Shown here one piece after another: positions 19,175 through 27,342 of a DNA stretch of 64,000 bases. The stretch spans positions 661,478-725,477 of the forward strand of contig JABTUE010000002.1 of NCBI GenBank assembly GCA_015075515.1, in the 5' to 3' direction. The DNA comes from Planctomycetota bacterium (GTDB taxonomy: Bacteria > Planctomycetota > UBA8742 > UBA2392). Position 1 is the stretch's first letter. Each line of letters starts with the position of its first letter. Below the pieces are notes generated by a model. That model was not told the origin of the DNA. It saw only the letters and a list, made by a program, of their open reading frames with translations, and ran no database searches. The position numbers were made by a program, and so were the translations under genes.

Positions 19175-19461
19175 GGGTAGCTCCACGGCCGAACCAATAC
19201 ACGCCAGATACCACACACCGGTCACGGCCAAACACCGGCCGTACCGGGGCGAACGCAATCCTGCGGGGGGTCGGCGCAGTCTACCCCACCCCCTTACCCC
19301 GTCAAGGCTTGCAACGTCATGGCTGTGTCGCGGGAAGGCGGGGGTTGGGGGTTGGTACCAATCCAAAACCCCGGCCCCCGGCCCCCGGCCTCCATCTTCC
19401 GGCCTTCCAAAGTTTGTCGCATGGCCCCGTATACTTCCCTGCAACACATACGGAGACCACC

Positions 19462-20214
19462 ATGCCCGCACGCAAACCCGAACGAGAAATCATCCCCCAC
19501 TTTGTCGCCGTCGGTCTGGCACCCGAGGGCGAACTCAAGCAGCAGGTGATTGCCCACGCCGAGCGCATCCTGGCCGTGCGCATGCGCATGCTGGAACTCG
19601 CGCTTGACACCACCGCCGCCGCGGTCGCCTGGGCCAACCGCTATCTGCGCGACCTGTCCAAACGCCCCGCGCCCGGCCCCGAAACCCCGGTCCGCCGCGA
19701 CCCCTCCGCCGTCACCGTCGCCCAGACCAACCGCGCCGTCGCTTTGGGCATCAGGCTGCTGCACGACATGGACCGTCTGCGCGAATCGGCCTACCGCGAA
19801 GCCCGCGAGGCCGCCTACCGCCGCACCGGCACGCGCGTGGGGCCGGTGTTCTGGTCCGATGCAGGCGATGATCTGCCGCCGGGCGCGACCGCGCCGCGGG
19901 CGGAACCGGCCTGGAGCGAAACACCGCCCGAGCCGGTCACAGAAACAGCCGCGGAAACGGCCGCGCTGCCGGTTGACATGAACCCGCCCGCGCCGGAACA
20001 GCCGGCCGAGGCAGCCGAAACCGGGCCCAAAACGCTGACCAAGCGGCTGGTCAAGCTGGGCCAGGCGCGCATGGCCAACGCGGGCATCCACCGGCGGGTG
20101 CAGGTGGAACTGGCGCGCCGGGCGCGGCAACTGCGCTGGACCATCGAGAAATTCAACGCCGAAATAGACGCGGCAATTGCCGCGCGGGGAAGCGCCGCCG
20201 TCCCGGCGGCATAG
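19462..20214 (+). CDS. Hypothetical protein (250 aa). Its last ~9 codons are encoded by the first copy of an intergenic repeat element.
   Basis: Start ATG 19462 preceded by GGAGA. MPARKPEREIIPHFVAVGLAPEGEL... Ala/Pro/Glu-rich C-terminal half. Ends ...AARGSAAVPAA inside the repeat gggaagcgccgccgtcccggcggca. Confidence 0.55.
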   Translation: MPARKPEREIIPHFVAVGLAPEGELKQQVIAHAERILAVRMRMLELALDTTAAAVAWANRYLRDLSKRPAPGPETPVRRDPSAVTVAQTNRAVALGIRLLHDMDRLRESAYREAREAAYRRTGTRVGPVFWSDAGDDLPPGATAPRAEPAWSETPPEPVTETAAETAALPVDMNPPAPEQPAEAAETGPKTLTKRLVKLGQARMANAGIHRRVQVELARRARQLRWTIEKFNAEIDAAIAARGSAAVPAA

Positions 20215-20397
20215 CGCGGGCATCTCGCCCCTGGGAAGCGCCGCCGTCCCGGCGGCAGGTTGTCTCGTTTTGTACAGGCCGGAGGCGGGACGCCTGCGGT
20301 CTATGCCAGCGGCAAGCCGGCGTCCCGGCGGCAGGTTGCCTCGTTTTGCACAGGCCGAAGGCGCGACGCCTCCGGTTCATGTCGGCGGGATGCCGGC
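20187..20397. repeat. Intergenic tandem direct repeats. A 25-bp motif (gggaagcgccgccgtcccggcggca) occurs twice. Two adjacent 76-bp units (20246-20321 and 20322-20397) share ~85% identity.
   Basis: Direct alignment: gtcccggcggcaggttgtctcgttttgtacaggccggaggcgggacgcctgcggtctatgccagcggcaagccggc versus gtcccggcggcaggttgcctcgttttgcacaggccgaaggcgcgacgcctccggttcatgtcggcgggatgccggc. Each unit contains the small inverted repeat ccgccg-tcc-cggcgg. Confidence 0.8.
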
Positions 20398-20439
20398 GCT
20401 CTCTTCCGTGACAAGAATGTGACAATGCCCGGAAAGCCG

Positions 20440-22560
20440 CTAGATCTCGTCCAGGTCCACCTCAATCTCGTCTTCTTCGGGTGGCTTCTTTGGCGCCGCC
20501 TTCTGGGCCGGCGGCGCGTCCTGGCGCGCCTGGATGCTCTCGTTCACGCGCCGGGCCGTGTCGGCCAGGGTTATCACCGCTGTGGCCCCGGCCTTGGCGG
20601 CCAGCAGCGCCCTGGCCTTTTCGTGGTCGGGTTCGTATTCGATCAGCAGGCGGGCGTGGAGTTTGCCGGCCACATCTTCGCCGGTGGCAAAGCAGTCTTC
20701 GGCCAGGCGCAACCGCGCGGCGTGAAAGCGCGAATCTTCGCGCAGGGCCCGCACCAGCAGCGCGCGGCCCTGCTTGCGCTGGCCGATGCTGAGCAGCAAT
20801 TCGCCCATGGCGTAGGCCAGCACCGGGTCGCGGTTGTCCACCTGGCGCGCGGCGTGAAAGCGGGCCAGAGCCCCGGCGGCGTCACCGGTAAGCCAGGCCG
20901 CGTCGCCCAGAAAGCGCAGCGCCCAGAAGCAGTCCGGCCAGAGCTTGAGCGCGCGCTGGGCCACGGCGGTGACTTTCTTGAAGTCGCGCTGCATCAGGGC
21001 GATTTCGGCCGACAGCCGCAACGGGGCCTGTTTTTCCGGGGCGCTCTGGGCCAGGTCTTCGGCCGCCGCCGCGGCCTGGGGCAGTTTGCCCTCGCCCACG
21101 GCCCGCAGCGCCTCAACAAACCCGCGCACCAGGCGCTCGTCGTCGCCGCTGATGCCGGGCAGGTGCTTTTTGCGGCCGGCCGGGGCCACGGCGATGCACA
21201 GGCCGTCGTCGTGGCGCCAGGCCTGTTCGAACTCGGCGTAGGGAATCTCGACCGGCTCCAGAAAACGCGGGTCCTGGGCAATCACCAGCCGCCCGGTGTC
21301 GTCGTAACCGATCACGGCCAGGGCGTGGCCGCTCATGCCCCAGTATTCGGTGGTGATCACGGGCAGGCCGGCGTCCACGCAGCGGCGCAGCAGATCCAGC
21401 GACCCGAAATAGGCGCGCCAGGCGATGCCCTCAACACCGGCCAGATAGTCGAAAATCTCGGGCCAGCGCGTGCCGCCGCCGCGGAACACCCGCGCCGCCA
21501 CCTCTTCCTGGCTGACGGGCTTGCCCGCGAACGACAGCACATTGGCCAGCGTGTTGGGGGCGCAGAACGCGCGCTTCTGCAGCTTGCGCGGAAAGCCGGT
21601 CAGCCGCGCGGCTTTGGCGCCGGTCTGCCGCGCCTGAAGCGCCGTCAGCCGCAGCTCGGCCAAACGCCGCAGTTCCGAGCGCGGGTGCTGCTGGATCATT
21701 TCGGTAAAGGCCAGCGTCGCGGCCTCCAGCCGGCCGGCGTGGTACAGGCTGCAGGCCAGTTCAAAGCGTATGGCGTCGGCGCCGTCGCATTCGGGGCTGA
21801 CCTCCAGCGCGCGCTTGAGAAACGCCGCGGACTCCTTGTGCTGGCCGCGCATTTCGTACATGCGCGCCATCAGCTCGTAGAAGTTCACGTTTTCGGGCGA
21901 TTGCTCAATGCCGTAGGCCAGCACTTCCTGGGCCGGGTCCAGCTTGTTCTGGATCATCAGCGCCGTGGCCAGACGGAAAAACGCGTCCTCGCACGTGGCG
22001 TCCACCTGAAGCCCCTTGGCCAGCTGTACCTCGGCCTCGGGGTAGGCGCCGATGCGCATCAGGCGGTAGCCTTCGTCGGCCAGCAACTGGCCGCTGATCA
22101 GGCCGAAGCCCGCCGATTTTTCCAGCGCGTCCTGGCTGCTTTTGTTCAGTCCCAGCGCCGAATAGGCGACACTGAGCGCACCGCCGGCGTGCACCCGGTA
22201 CGGCACCAGTTCGTCGTCGTCGTGCAGCACGGCGTCCAGCACGCGCACGGCGTCTTCGGTGCGGCGCCCGTCCAGCAGCGCCCGCCCCAGCAGATAGCGC
22301 GCCTCGACGTGGCAGTCCTCCTGGCGCGCCGCAAGCTGAAGACAGCGCCGCGCCTCGCGCAGCCGGCGCTGGCGCCACGCCACATGCCCCAGCAGCGTCA
22401 GGTATTCGTGCTCAAAGGCCAGCGCGGGCCACTGGCGCAGGCCCTTGTCCAGCGTGTTGCGGGCGGCGCGGAACGCGCGGTTGTTAAGGTGCTCGCGCGC
22501 GCGGGCCAGACAGGCCTTGCGGTTGGAAAAAGATTCCGCGGTGACATCACCGGCAGCCAT
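20440..22560 (-). CDS. TPR-repeat protein with a central peptidase-C39-like (papain-fold Cys/His) domain.
   Basis: Start ATG 22560 (MAAGDVTAESF...). N- and C-terminal TPR-like helical repeats. The central region FCAPNTLANVLSFAGKPVSQEEVAARV...ITTEYWGMSGHALAVIGYDDTGRLVIAQDP has Cys (CAPNT) and His (GHALAV) in the arrangement of C39/BtrH-like peptidases. Confidence 0.65.
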   Translation of the reverse strand: MAAGDVTAESFSNRKACLARAREHLNNRAFRAARNTLDKGLRQWPALAFEHEYLTLLGHVAWRQRRLREARRCLQLAARQEDCHVEARYLLGRALLDGRRTEDAVRVLDAVLHDDDELVPYRVHAGGALSVAYSALGLNKSSQDALEKSAGFGLISGQLLADEGYRLMRIGAYPEAEVQLAKGLQVDATCEDAFFRLATALMIQNKLDPAQEVLAYGIEQSPENVNFYELMARMYEMRGQHKESAAFLKRALEVSPECDGADAIRFELACSLYHAGRLEAATLAFTEMIQQHPRSELRRLAELRLTALQARQTGAKAARLTGFPRKLQKRAFCAPNTLANVLSFAGKPVSQEEVAARVFRGGGTRWPEIFDYLAGVEGIAWRAYFGSLDLLRRCVDAGLPVITTEYWGMSGHALAVIGYDDTGRLVIAQDPRFLEPVEIPYAEFEQAWRHDDGLCIAVAPAGRKKHLPGISGDDERLVRGFVEALRAVGEGKLPQAAAAAEDLAQSAPEKQAPLRLSAEIALMQRDFKKVTAVAQRALKLWPDCFWALRFLGDAAWLTGDAAGALARFHAARQVDNRDPVLAYAMGELLLSIGQRKQGRALLVRALREDSRFHAARLRLAEDCFATGEDVAGKLHARLLIEYEPDHEKARALLAAKAGATAVITLADTARRVNESIQARQDAPPAQKAAPKKPPEEDEIEVDLDEI

Positions 22561-22676
22561 GCAGATCCATACGGTCCGTGGGGCCGCGCGGGCCCCCCAC
22601 ACAATGCCTCGGTCACATGCTCAGCCGCGAGAAACACGCGGGGGAACGATTGTAGGCCGCGCGCGCTTTGGCGCAA

Positions 22677-23612
22677 CTACGCCAGCCGGCGCGCCACCAC
22701 GTTGCCCGGACGCAGCCCCGCGTCGGTGATCTTTTTGACCGCCGCGGCCAGCGCCGGGTCTTCGCCGCGCGCGACGCTGTCGGGCGGGGCCGACCCGTCG
22801 GGCCGGGTGATCTTGCCGCCCAGGCGGCGCACAAAGTAGTTGCAGGCGGTGAACATGCGTTCCAGTGTCTTGGCGGGCTGGGCCACCTTGACCGGCTCGA
22901 AACTGAAGTGGACCCTGGCCACCGCGCCCCTGGCACCGGCGGCCAGCGCCGTGGGCTCGCCGCGCACCACAAACGTGGGCTCGTCGCCGACACTGCCGAA
23001 CCAGCCGAACTGGTCGCCCCGGCGCTTCATGCCCAGACACAGGCAGCAGTCAATCACCTTGGCGGCGTCAAAACTGCCGGCCACAACCAGCGCGCAACGG
23101 TCGGCGAACCTGCCCTTCAATGCCGCCAGCTTGGCGCTGCGGGCCGCGGCGCCGGCGGCGTTTTCGGTCATCGGCTGCTTGTCGCGCTTGAGCAGCTTGG
23201 CAATGCGGCCGGCCACCATCTCGAACATGCCCAGGTCGTCTTCGGCCATGGGCTGGCCTGAAACGCCGAACAGTTCCTGGGCCACGATCAACTGCACCGG
23301 TTCGGGGCTTACGGCCTCGACTTCCAGCCACGGTTCGCTGTCGGCGGCGCGGCCGAACAGGTGCACGTCGGCCAGGCTCTGGAACAGCGACGCGCCCAGC
23401 AGCTCGCCCAGCGTGCGGGGCGGGTTGCCGGGGCTGCCGTCGGCAAGACGCATGGAAAAGAACGCCGCGGGCACGAACTCCTTGTCCTGCGGCAGCTCGC
23501 GAATCGCGGGCAGAAGGTGCGAGGCTTCTTCACTGGCGGCCTCTTCGTTGCCGAAGTCGCCCATCAGGTCCGGCTGCAGTTCCGGCCCGTCCGGCGCAAG
23601 TTCGTTGCTCAT
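22677..23612 (-). CDS. Hypothetical protein (311 aa) with an acidic N-terminus.
   Basis: Start ATG 23612 (MSNELAPDGPELQPDLMGDFGNEE...) with GGTGGA upstream. High GC3. No recognised motifs. Confidence 0.55.
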   Translation of the reverse strand: MSNELAPDGPELQPDLMGDFGNEEAASEEASHLLPAIRELPQDKEFVPAAFFSMRLADGSPGNPPRTLGELLGASLFQSLADVHLFGRAADSEPWLEVEAVSPEPVQLIVAQELFGVSGQPMAEDDLGMFEMVAGRIAKLLKRDKQPMTENAAGAAARSAKLAALKGRFADRCALVVAGSFDAAKVIDCCLCLGMKRRGDQFGWFGSVGDEPTFVVRGEPTALAAGARGAVARVHFSFEPVKVAQPAKTLERMFTACNYFVRRLGGKITRPDGSAPPDSVARGEDPALAAAVKKITDAGLRPGNVVARRLA

Positions 23613-23684
23613 TCCACCCCCGACTTGTGTTCGAACGCCCCGCTGGGGCCCCGGGCCGGAAGATAGCACCGGCACCCTACCGCG

Positions 23685-24776
23685 TCATGGGGCTAGGGGC
23701 GGCGGCGGGGCAAGCCTGACGCGCCTGATGTGCCGGCCCAGCCAGTCGCAGAATACCCTGGCGCCGCCAACCTCCAGGTGCGAACCGTCGGGCGTCCACA
23801 AGTCTGCCAGTTCGGGCTCGTCGGCAAAGTGCACACACCGTCCCGGCAGAGCCGCCGCCAGCACGTCCCAGGTCTGGCGCCGGGGGTACAGGCGTTCTTC
23901 CTTTTCCGCGTACAGGCCGCCCACGGGCAGCCTCAGCCACAACACTGTCACGCCCCGCGCCTCCAGCCGCCGGCACAGGGCGACACTTTCGGCCACAGCC
24001 ACGCGCGCGGCGCGCGCGTCAGGCGGCAACACAAGCGGCGGAGTGAGCGCCGACTGTTCAATGGCCCGGGCATTCCAGTACGCGCGGTCGCCCCGCAGCA
24101 GTGTCCACTCGCGAAAGCCGTTGTCGTGCGCAACCACACGCTGGGTCGGGTCCTGCCCCGGGTCCTCTATGGGCCGGCCCAGCGCGCGCCGCGCCAGCCC
24201 GTGCACGGCCTCGAGCGGACCTTCGCCGGCGCGGGCGATGGCCAGGTTTTTCTTCAGCCCGCGGGCCAGTTCGTCTTCCAGCCACTGGTACGGGCGGGCC
24301 CGTGCCAGCCGGTTCTCCGCCTCCTGCTGCTGCTCCAGCTTGCGTCCGCCAAAGTACACCGACGGCAGCACATCCAGAACCACCACGTCGCCGGCCGAGA
24401 GGTCCGCCTCGAGCGTTTCCAGCATCTTCAGCGAGTTGCCGACCGGGATGCCAAGGTTGTGGGCGCTGTACCCGCCGCCCGCGGCCCGCGCCAGCCAGGG
24501 CGGGTTCACGGCGTTCAGCGTGCGCGAACTGCCCAGCACCAGAATCCGCGGCGGAACGGCGGCCCGTGCCGCCTCCCATTGCCGCACCCAACGGCGCGAA
24601 CCGGGCTCTTCGCTTTTCAGTGGCACCGCGCCGCCGCGCGCCGCGGCCTCCCAGACCGCCGCCAGCACCGCCAGCAGCGCCAGCGCCGCAAGCACCATGC
24701 GCCCGTCCGCCACTGGCGGACAGCGCAGCGCCGCGGCCGGCGCCTCAGAACTGGAAGTAGATGAAGTCTCCGCCAC
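23685..24776 (-). CDS. SGNH/GDSL-fold hydrolase-like protein (AlgJ/AlgX/DltD/PatB-type partner of the adjacent MBOAT). Putative polysaccharide O-acetyltransferase component.
   Basis: N-terminal TM/signal anchor. Block-I-like LVLGSSRT, a GDS variant with Ser in position. Block-V-like TPDGSHLE, giving the DxxH catalytic dyad. It overlaps the 3' end of the MBOAT gene by ~30 bp. The alternative start at MVLAALALLAV (~24698) would remove the overlap. Confidence 0.6.
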   Translation of the reverse strand: MAETSSTSSSEAPAAALRCPPVADGRMVLAALALLAVLAAVWEAAARGGAVPLKSEEPGSRRWVRQWEAARAAVPPRILVLGSSRTLNAVNPPWLARAAGGGYSAHNLGIPVGNSLKMLETLEADLSAGDVVVLDVLPSVYFGGRKLEQQQEAENRLARARPYQWLEDELARGLKKNLAIARAGEGPLEAVHGLARRALGRPIEDPGQDPTQRVVAHDNGFREWTLLRGDRAYWNARAIEQSALTPPLVLPPDARAARVAVAESVALCRRLEARGVTVLWLRLPVGGLYAEKEERLYPRRQTWDVLAAALPGRCVHFADEPELADLWTPDGSHLEVGGARVFCDWLGRHIRRVRLAPPPPLAP

Positions 24777-26154
24777 CGTGCCCCCTGCTGATCACCAGAA
24801 ACAGCATGACCGCCACCACCGCCGCCGTGCCAAAACGACCCAGACGCCGGGCCCAGTCCTCGGGCGTGCGGTCGCCCCAGCACAGATGCACCACAAACAG
24901 CGCCGCGCAGGCACCCGCCGCCAGCGCCAGTTCCAGACGCGAACGTATCGGCCGGTCGGCCCCCTGCCCGGCCAGCGCCAGCACAATCCCCCACAGATCG
25001 GCCAGCGACGCGGCACGAAACAGCAGCCAGCCCGCGCACACGGCCTGAAATGTCAAAAACACCCCGATCACCCGCCACAGCCGCCCGCGCCAGGCCGCCA
25101 CCACCGGCCGCAGCACGCGCTCAAGCCCCAGCAGCATGCCGTGCCAGGCACCCCACAGCACAAACGTCCAGGCCGCGCCGTGCCACAACCCGCCCAGCAG
25201 CATGGTCAGGGCCAGGTTCACACGGGTGCGGATCGGGCCTTTGCGGTTGCCGCCCAGCGGAATGTACAGGTAATCGCGCAGCCATGTGGACAGGCTGATG
25301 TGCCAGCGCCGCCAGAACTCGGAAAACCCCGGCGCGCCGTAGGGCGCCCGGAAGTTGTCCGGCAGCACAAACCCCAGCGCCAGCGCCAGCGCAATCGCCA
25401 TGTCGGAATAGCCGCTGAAGTCGCAGTAAATCTGCCCGGCAAAGGCGTACAGCCCGGCCCAGGCCTGCCAGGTGCCGGGCGCCACACCGGGCGCGAACGC
25501 CTGTTCGGCCACCGGCGCGAACAGCCGGTCGGCCAGAAAGCTCTTTTTGAACAGACCCAGCGAAAACAGCGCAAAGCCCCAGGCCACGTGGCGCGGTTCG
25601 GCCTGGCGCGGGGTTTTAAGCTGGGGCAGAAACGTGGCGGCGCGCACAATCGGCCCGGCGACCAATTGAGGAAAGAAGGTGACGAACAGGGCAAAGTCCA
25701 GCAGGCTGCGCTCGACCTCGATGCGGCGCCGGTAAAGGTCAATGCTGTAGGACAGCGTCTGGAACGTGTAAAAGCTGATGCCCACGGGCAGCACCAGGTT
25801 GAACGGCATCAGTTGCACTTCCAGGCCGGCTGCGCCGGCCAAAGCCACAAAGCTGGCGGCCAGAAAGTCGGCGTACTTGAACGCCGCCAGCACGCCCAGG
25901 TTGCCGCACAGGCTCAGACCCAGCAGCAGCCGGCGCGCGCCAGGCCGCTGCGCGCGGCCAAGCCCCAGCCCGACACAGTAGTCCAGCACCACCGACCCCA
26001 GCAGCAGCAGCACAAACGGCGGGTTCCACGCGGCGTAAAACGCCAGGCTGGCGGCCAGCAGAATCGCCTTGCGCAGCGGCCAGGGCGGGCCCAGCCGGCA
26101 CAGCGCGAACACCAGCGCAAAGAACAGCAGAAAGACCGGCGACGTGAACAGCAT
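24745..26154 (-). CDS. MBOAT-family membrane O-acyltransferase (AlgI/DltB-like).
   Basis: 469 aa, multi-TM. Contains the MBOAT signature FWRRWHISLSTWLRDYLYIPLGGNRKG with the invariant His. Confidence 0.85.
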   Translation of the reverse strand: MLFTSPVFLLFFALVFALCRLGPPWPLRKAILLAASLAFYAAWNPPFVLLLLGSVVLDYCVGLGLGRAQRPGARRLLLGLSLCGNLGVLAAFKYADFLAASFVALAGAAGLEVQLMPFNLVLPVGISFYTFQTLSYSIDLYRRRIEVERSLLDFALFVTFFPQLVAGPIVRAATFLPQLKTPRQAEPRHVAWGFALFSLGLFKKSFLADRLFAPVAEQAFAPGVAPGTWQAWAGLYAFAGQIYCDFSGYSDMAIALALALGFVLPDNFRAPYGAPGFSEFWRRWHISLSTWLRDYLYIPLGGNRKGPIRTRVNLALTMLLGGLWHGAAWTFVLWGAWHGMLLGLERVLRPVVAAWRGRLWRVIGVFLTFQAVCAGWLLFRAASLADLWGIVLALAGQGADRPIRSRLELALAAGACAALFVVHLCWGDRTPEDWARRLGRFGTAAVVAVMLFLVISRGHGGGDFIYFQF

Positions 26155-26166
26155 GAAGGGGCGGCA

Positions 26167-27342
26167 CTATACCTTGCGGGCCGAACCCAGGGCATCCCGC
26201 CAGGCCGACGCCACCGCCGCGGGGGCAAAACGCCGGCTGTATGCCAGCCCGCGCGCCGCCACCGCCGCGCGCCGCGCCGGATCGGCCAGCAGTTCGCCCA
26301 GCGCCGCGGCCAGGGCGCCGGGCTCGGGCTCGCTGCACAGCAGTGCCCCCGCCGCCGCCATTTCAGGGGCCAGCAGGGCGCGCGGACTGGCCAGCACGCA
26401 CACGCCGGCGCTGGCGGCCTCGGCGATCACCATCCCGAAGTTTTCATAGCCCGTGGCCGGGTGCACCAGCACGTCGGCCGACTGCACCAGCGCCCGCGCG
26501 TCCTCGGGGCCCAGCGCCGGCCGCAGCGTAAGCACACCCGCGGCCTCACGCGCCACGCGCGCGGCATAGGCCGGATCTTGGGCCGGGCCGGCGGCCACGG
26601 CCTCGAACTTCACGCCGCGCCGGCGCAGCACATGCAGCGCGCGGCACAGTTCCAGCACGCCCTTGCGCGGGTGCAGCCGGTTCAGGCACACCACGCGCGG
26701 CACGGCCCGGGCCGGCACCGGCGCCGGACGCCAGGCCGGATCCACGGGGTTTGGAATCACCACATGCGGCAGCGCCGCAACGGCGGCGGTGCGGCGGGCG
26801 CGCCGGGCGTCTTCCACGGTGCTGAACACCAGCGTGCAGGCGCGCACGCGGCGGCCCTCGCCGCCCAGCCAGCGCAGGCGCTTGCGCCAGGCGTGGTGCG
26901 CCAGCGCGTCCGGATCCAGCATGCCGTGCGGCGCCAGCCACACCGGAACGCCCGCGGCCCGGGCCGCGTCCACGGCATAGCGCGTGGGCGACAGCCAGAT
27001 CGTGTGCGCCACCACGGCGTCATAACCGTCGGCGTGTTCGGCCAGCCAGCGTTTCAGCGGCGCGCTGGCCCGTGTCAGGCGCGGGGCGGTGGGCGCAAAG
27101 GCCCGCACGCAAACGTCGCCCAGCGGCGGCTCGGGCTCGCCCACACAGGCGACCTCGGCGCCCAGGCCCGCGCCGGTCATGGCCCGCAGCGTGCCCGCCA
27201 CGGCGGTGCGAATGCCGCCCTGGGCGGACTCAAGCCCCGGCACAACGTGCAGAACTTTCAAGCGGCCATGCGCCGCGCGGCCTCGCGGTCCAGCCGCGCA
27301 AAGCCCAGCAGCGCCCCCACACAGGACCAGAACACCAGGCAC
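26167..27342 (-). CDS. Glycosyltransferase family 4 (GT-B).
   Basis: C-terminal EX7E-type motif HPATGYENFGMVIAEAASAGVCVLAS. The N-terminus has the LKVLHVVPGL GT4 start. The true start may be the TTG at 27261, which overlaps the TGA of the upstream gene, rather than ATG 27342. Confidence 0.7.
   Translation of the reverse strand: MPGVLVLCGGAAGLCAAGPRGRAAHGRLKVLHVVPGLESAQGGIRTAVAGTLRAMTGAGLGAEVACVGEPEPPLGDVCVRAFAPTAPRLTRASAPLKRWLAEHADGYDAVVAHTIWLSPTRYAVDAARAAGVPVWLAPHGMLDPDALAHHAWRKRLRWLGGEGRRVRACTLVFSTVEDARRARRTAAVAALPHVVIPNPVDPAWRPAPVPARAVPRVVCLNRLHPRKGVLELCRALHVLRRRGVKFEAVAAGPAQDPAYAARVAREAAGVLTLRPALGPEDARALVQSADVLVHPATGYENFGMVIAEAASAGVCVLASPRALLAPEMAAAGALLCSEPEPGALAAALGELLADPARRAAVAARGLAYSRRFAPAAVASAWRDALGSARKV

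Noticed and set aside
17135-19180. 681-aa plus-strand ORF (MVQVHVFVFVFLQV...).
   Set aside because: It is the antisense shadow of the 1029-aa secreted protein gene. Its composition is implausible.
19175-19471. In-frame N-terminal extension of the 1029-aa gene (MRAWWSPYVLQGSIRGHATNF...).
   Set aside because: There is no signal peptide at that start. The downstream ATG 19174 has GGAG spacing and an ideal signal peptide, and the extension has non-coding composition.
20260-22839. 859-aa plus-strand ORF spanning the repeat region and the TPR-C39 gene.
   Set aside because: It is the antisense of complement(20440..22560). It is R/G/Q-rich and has no motifs.
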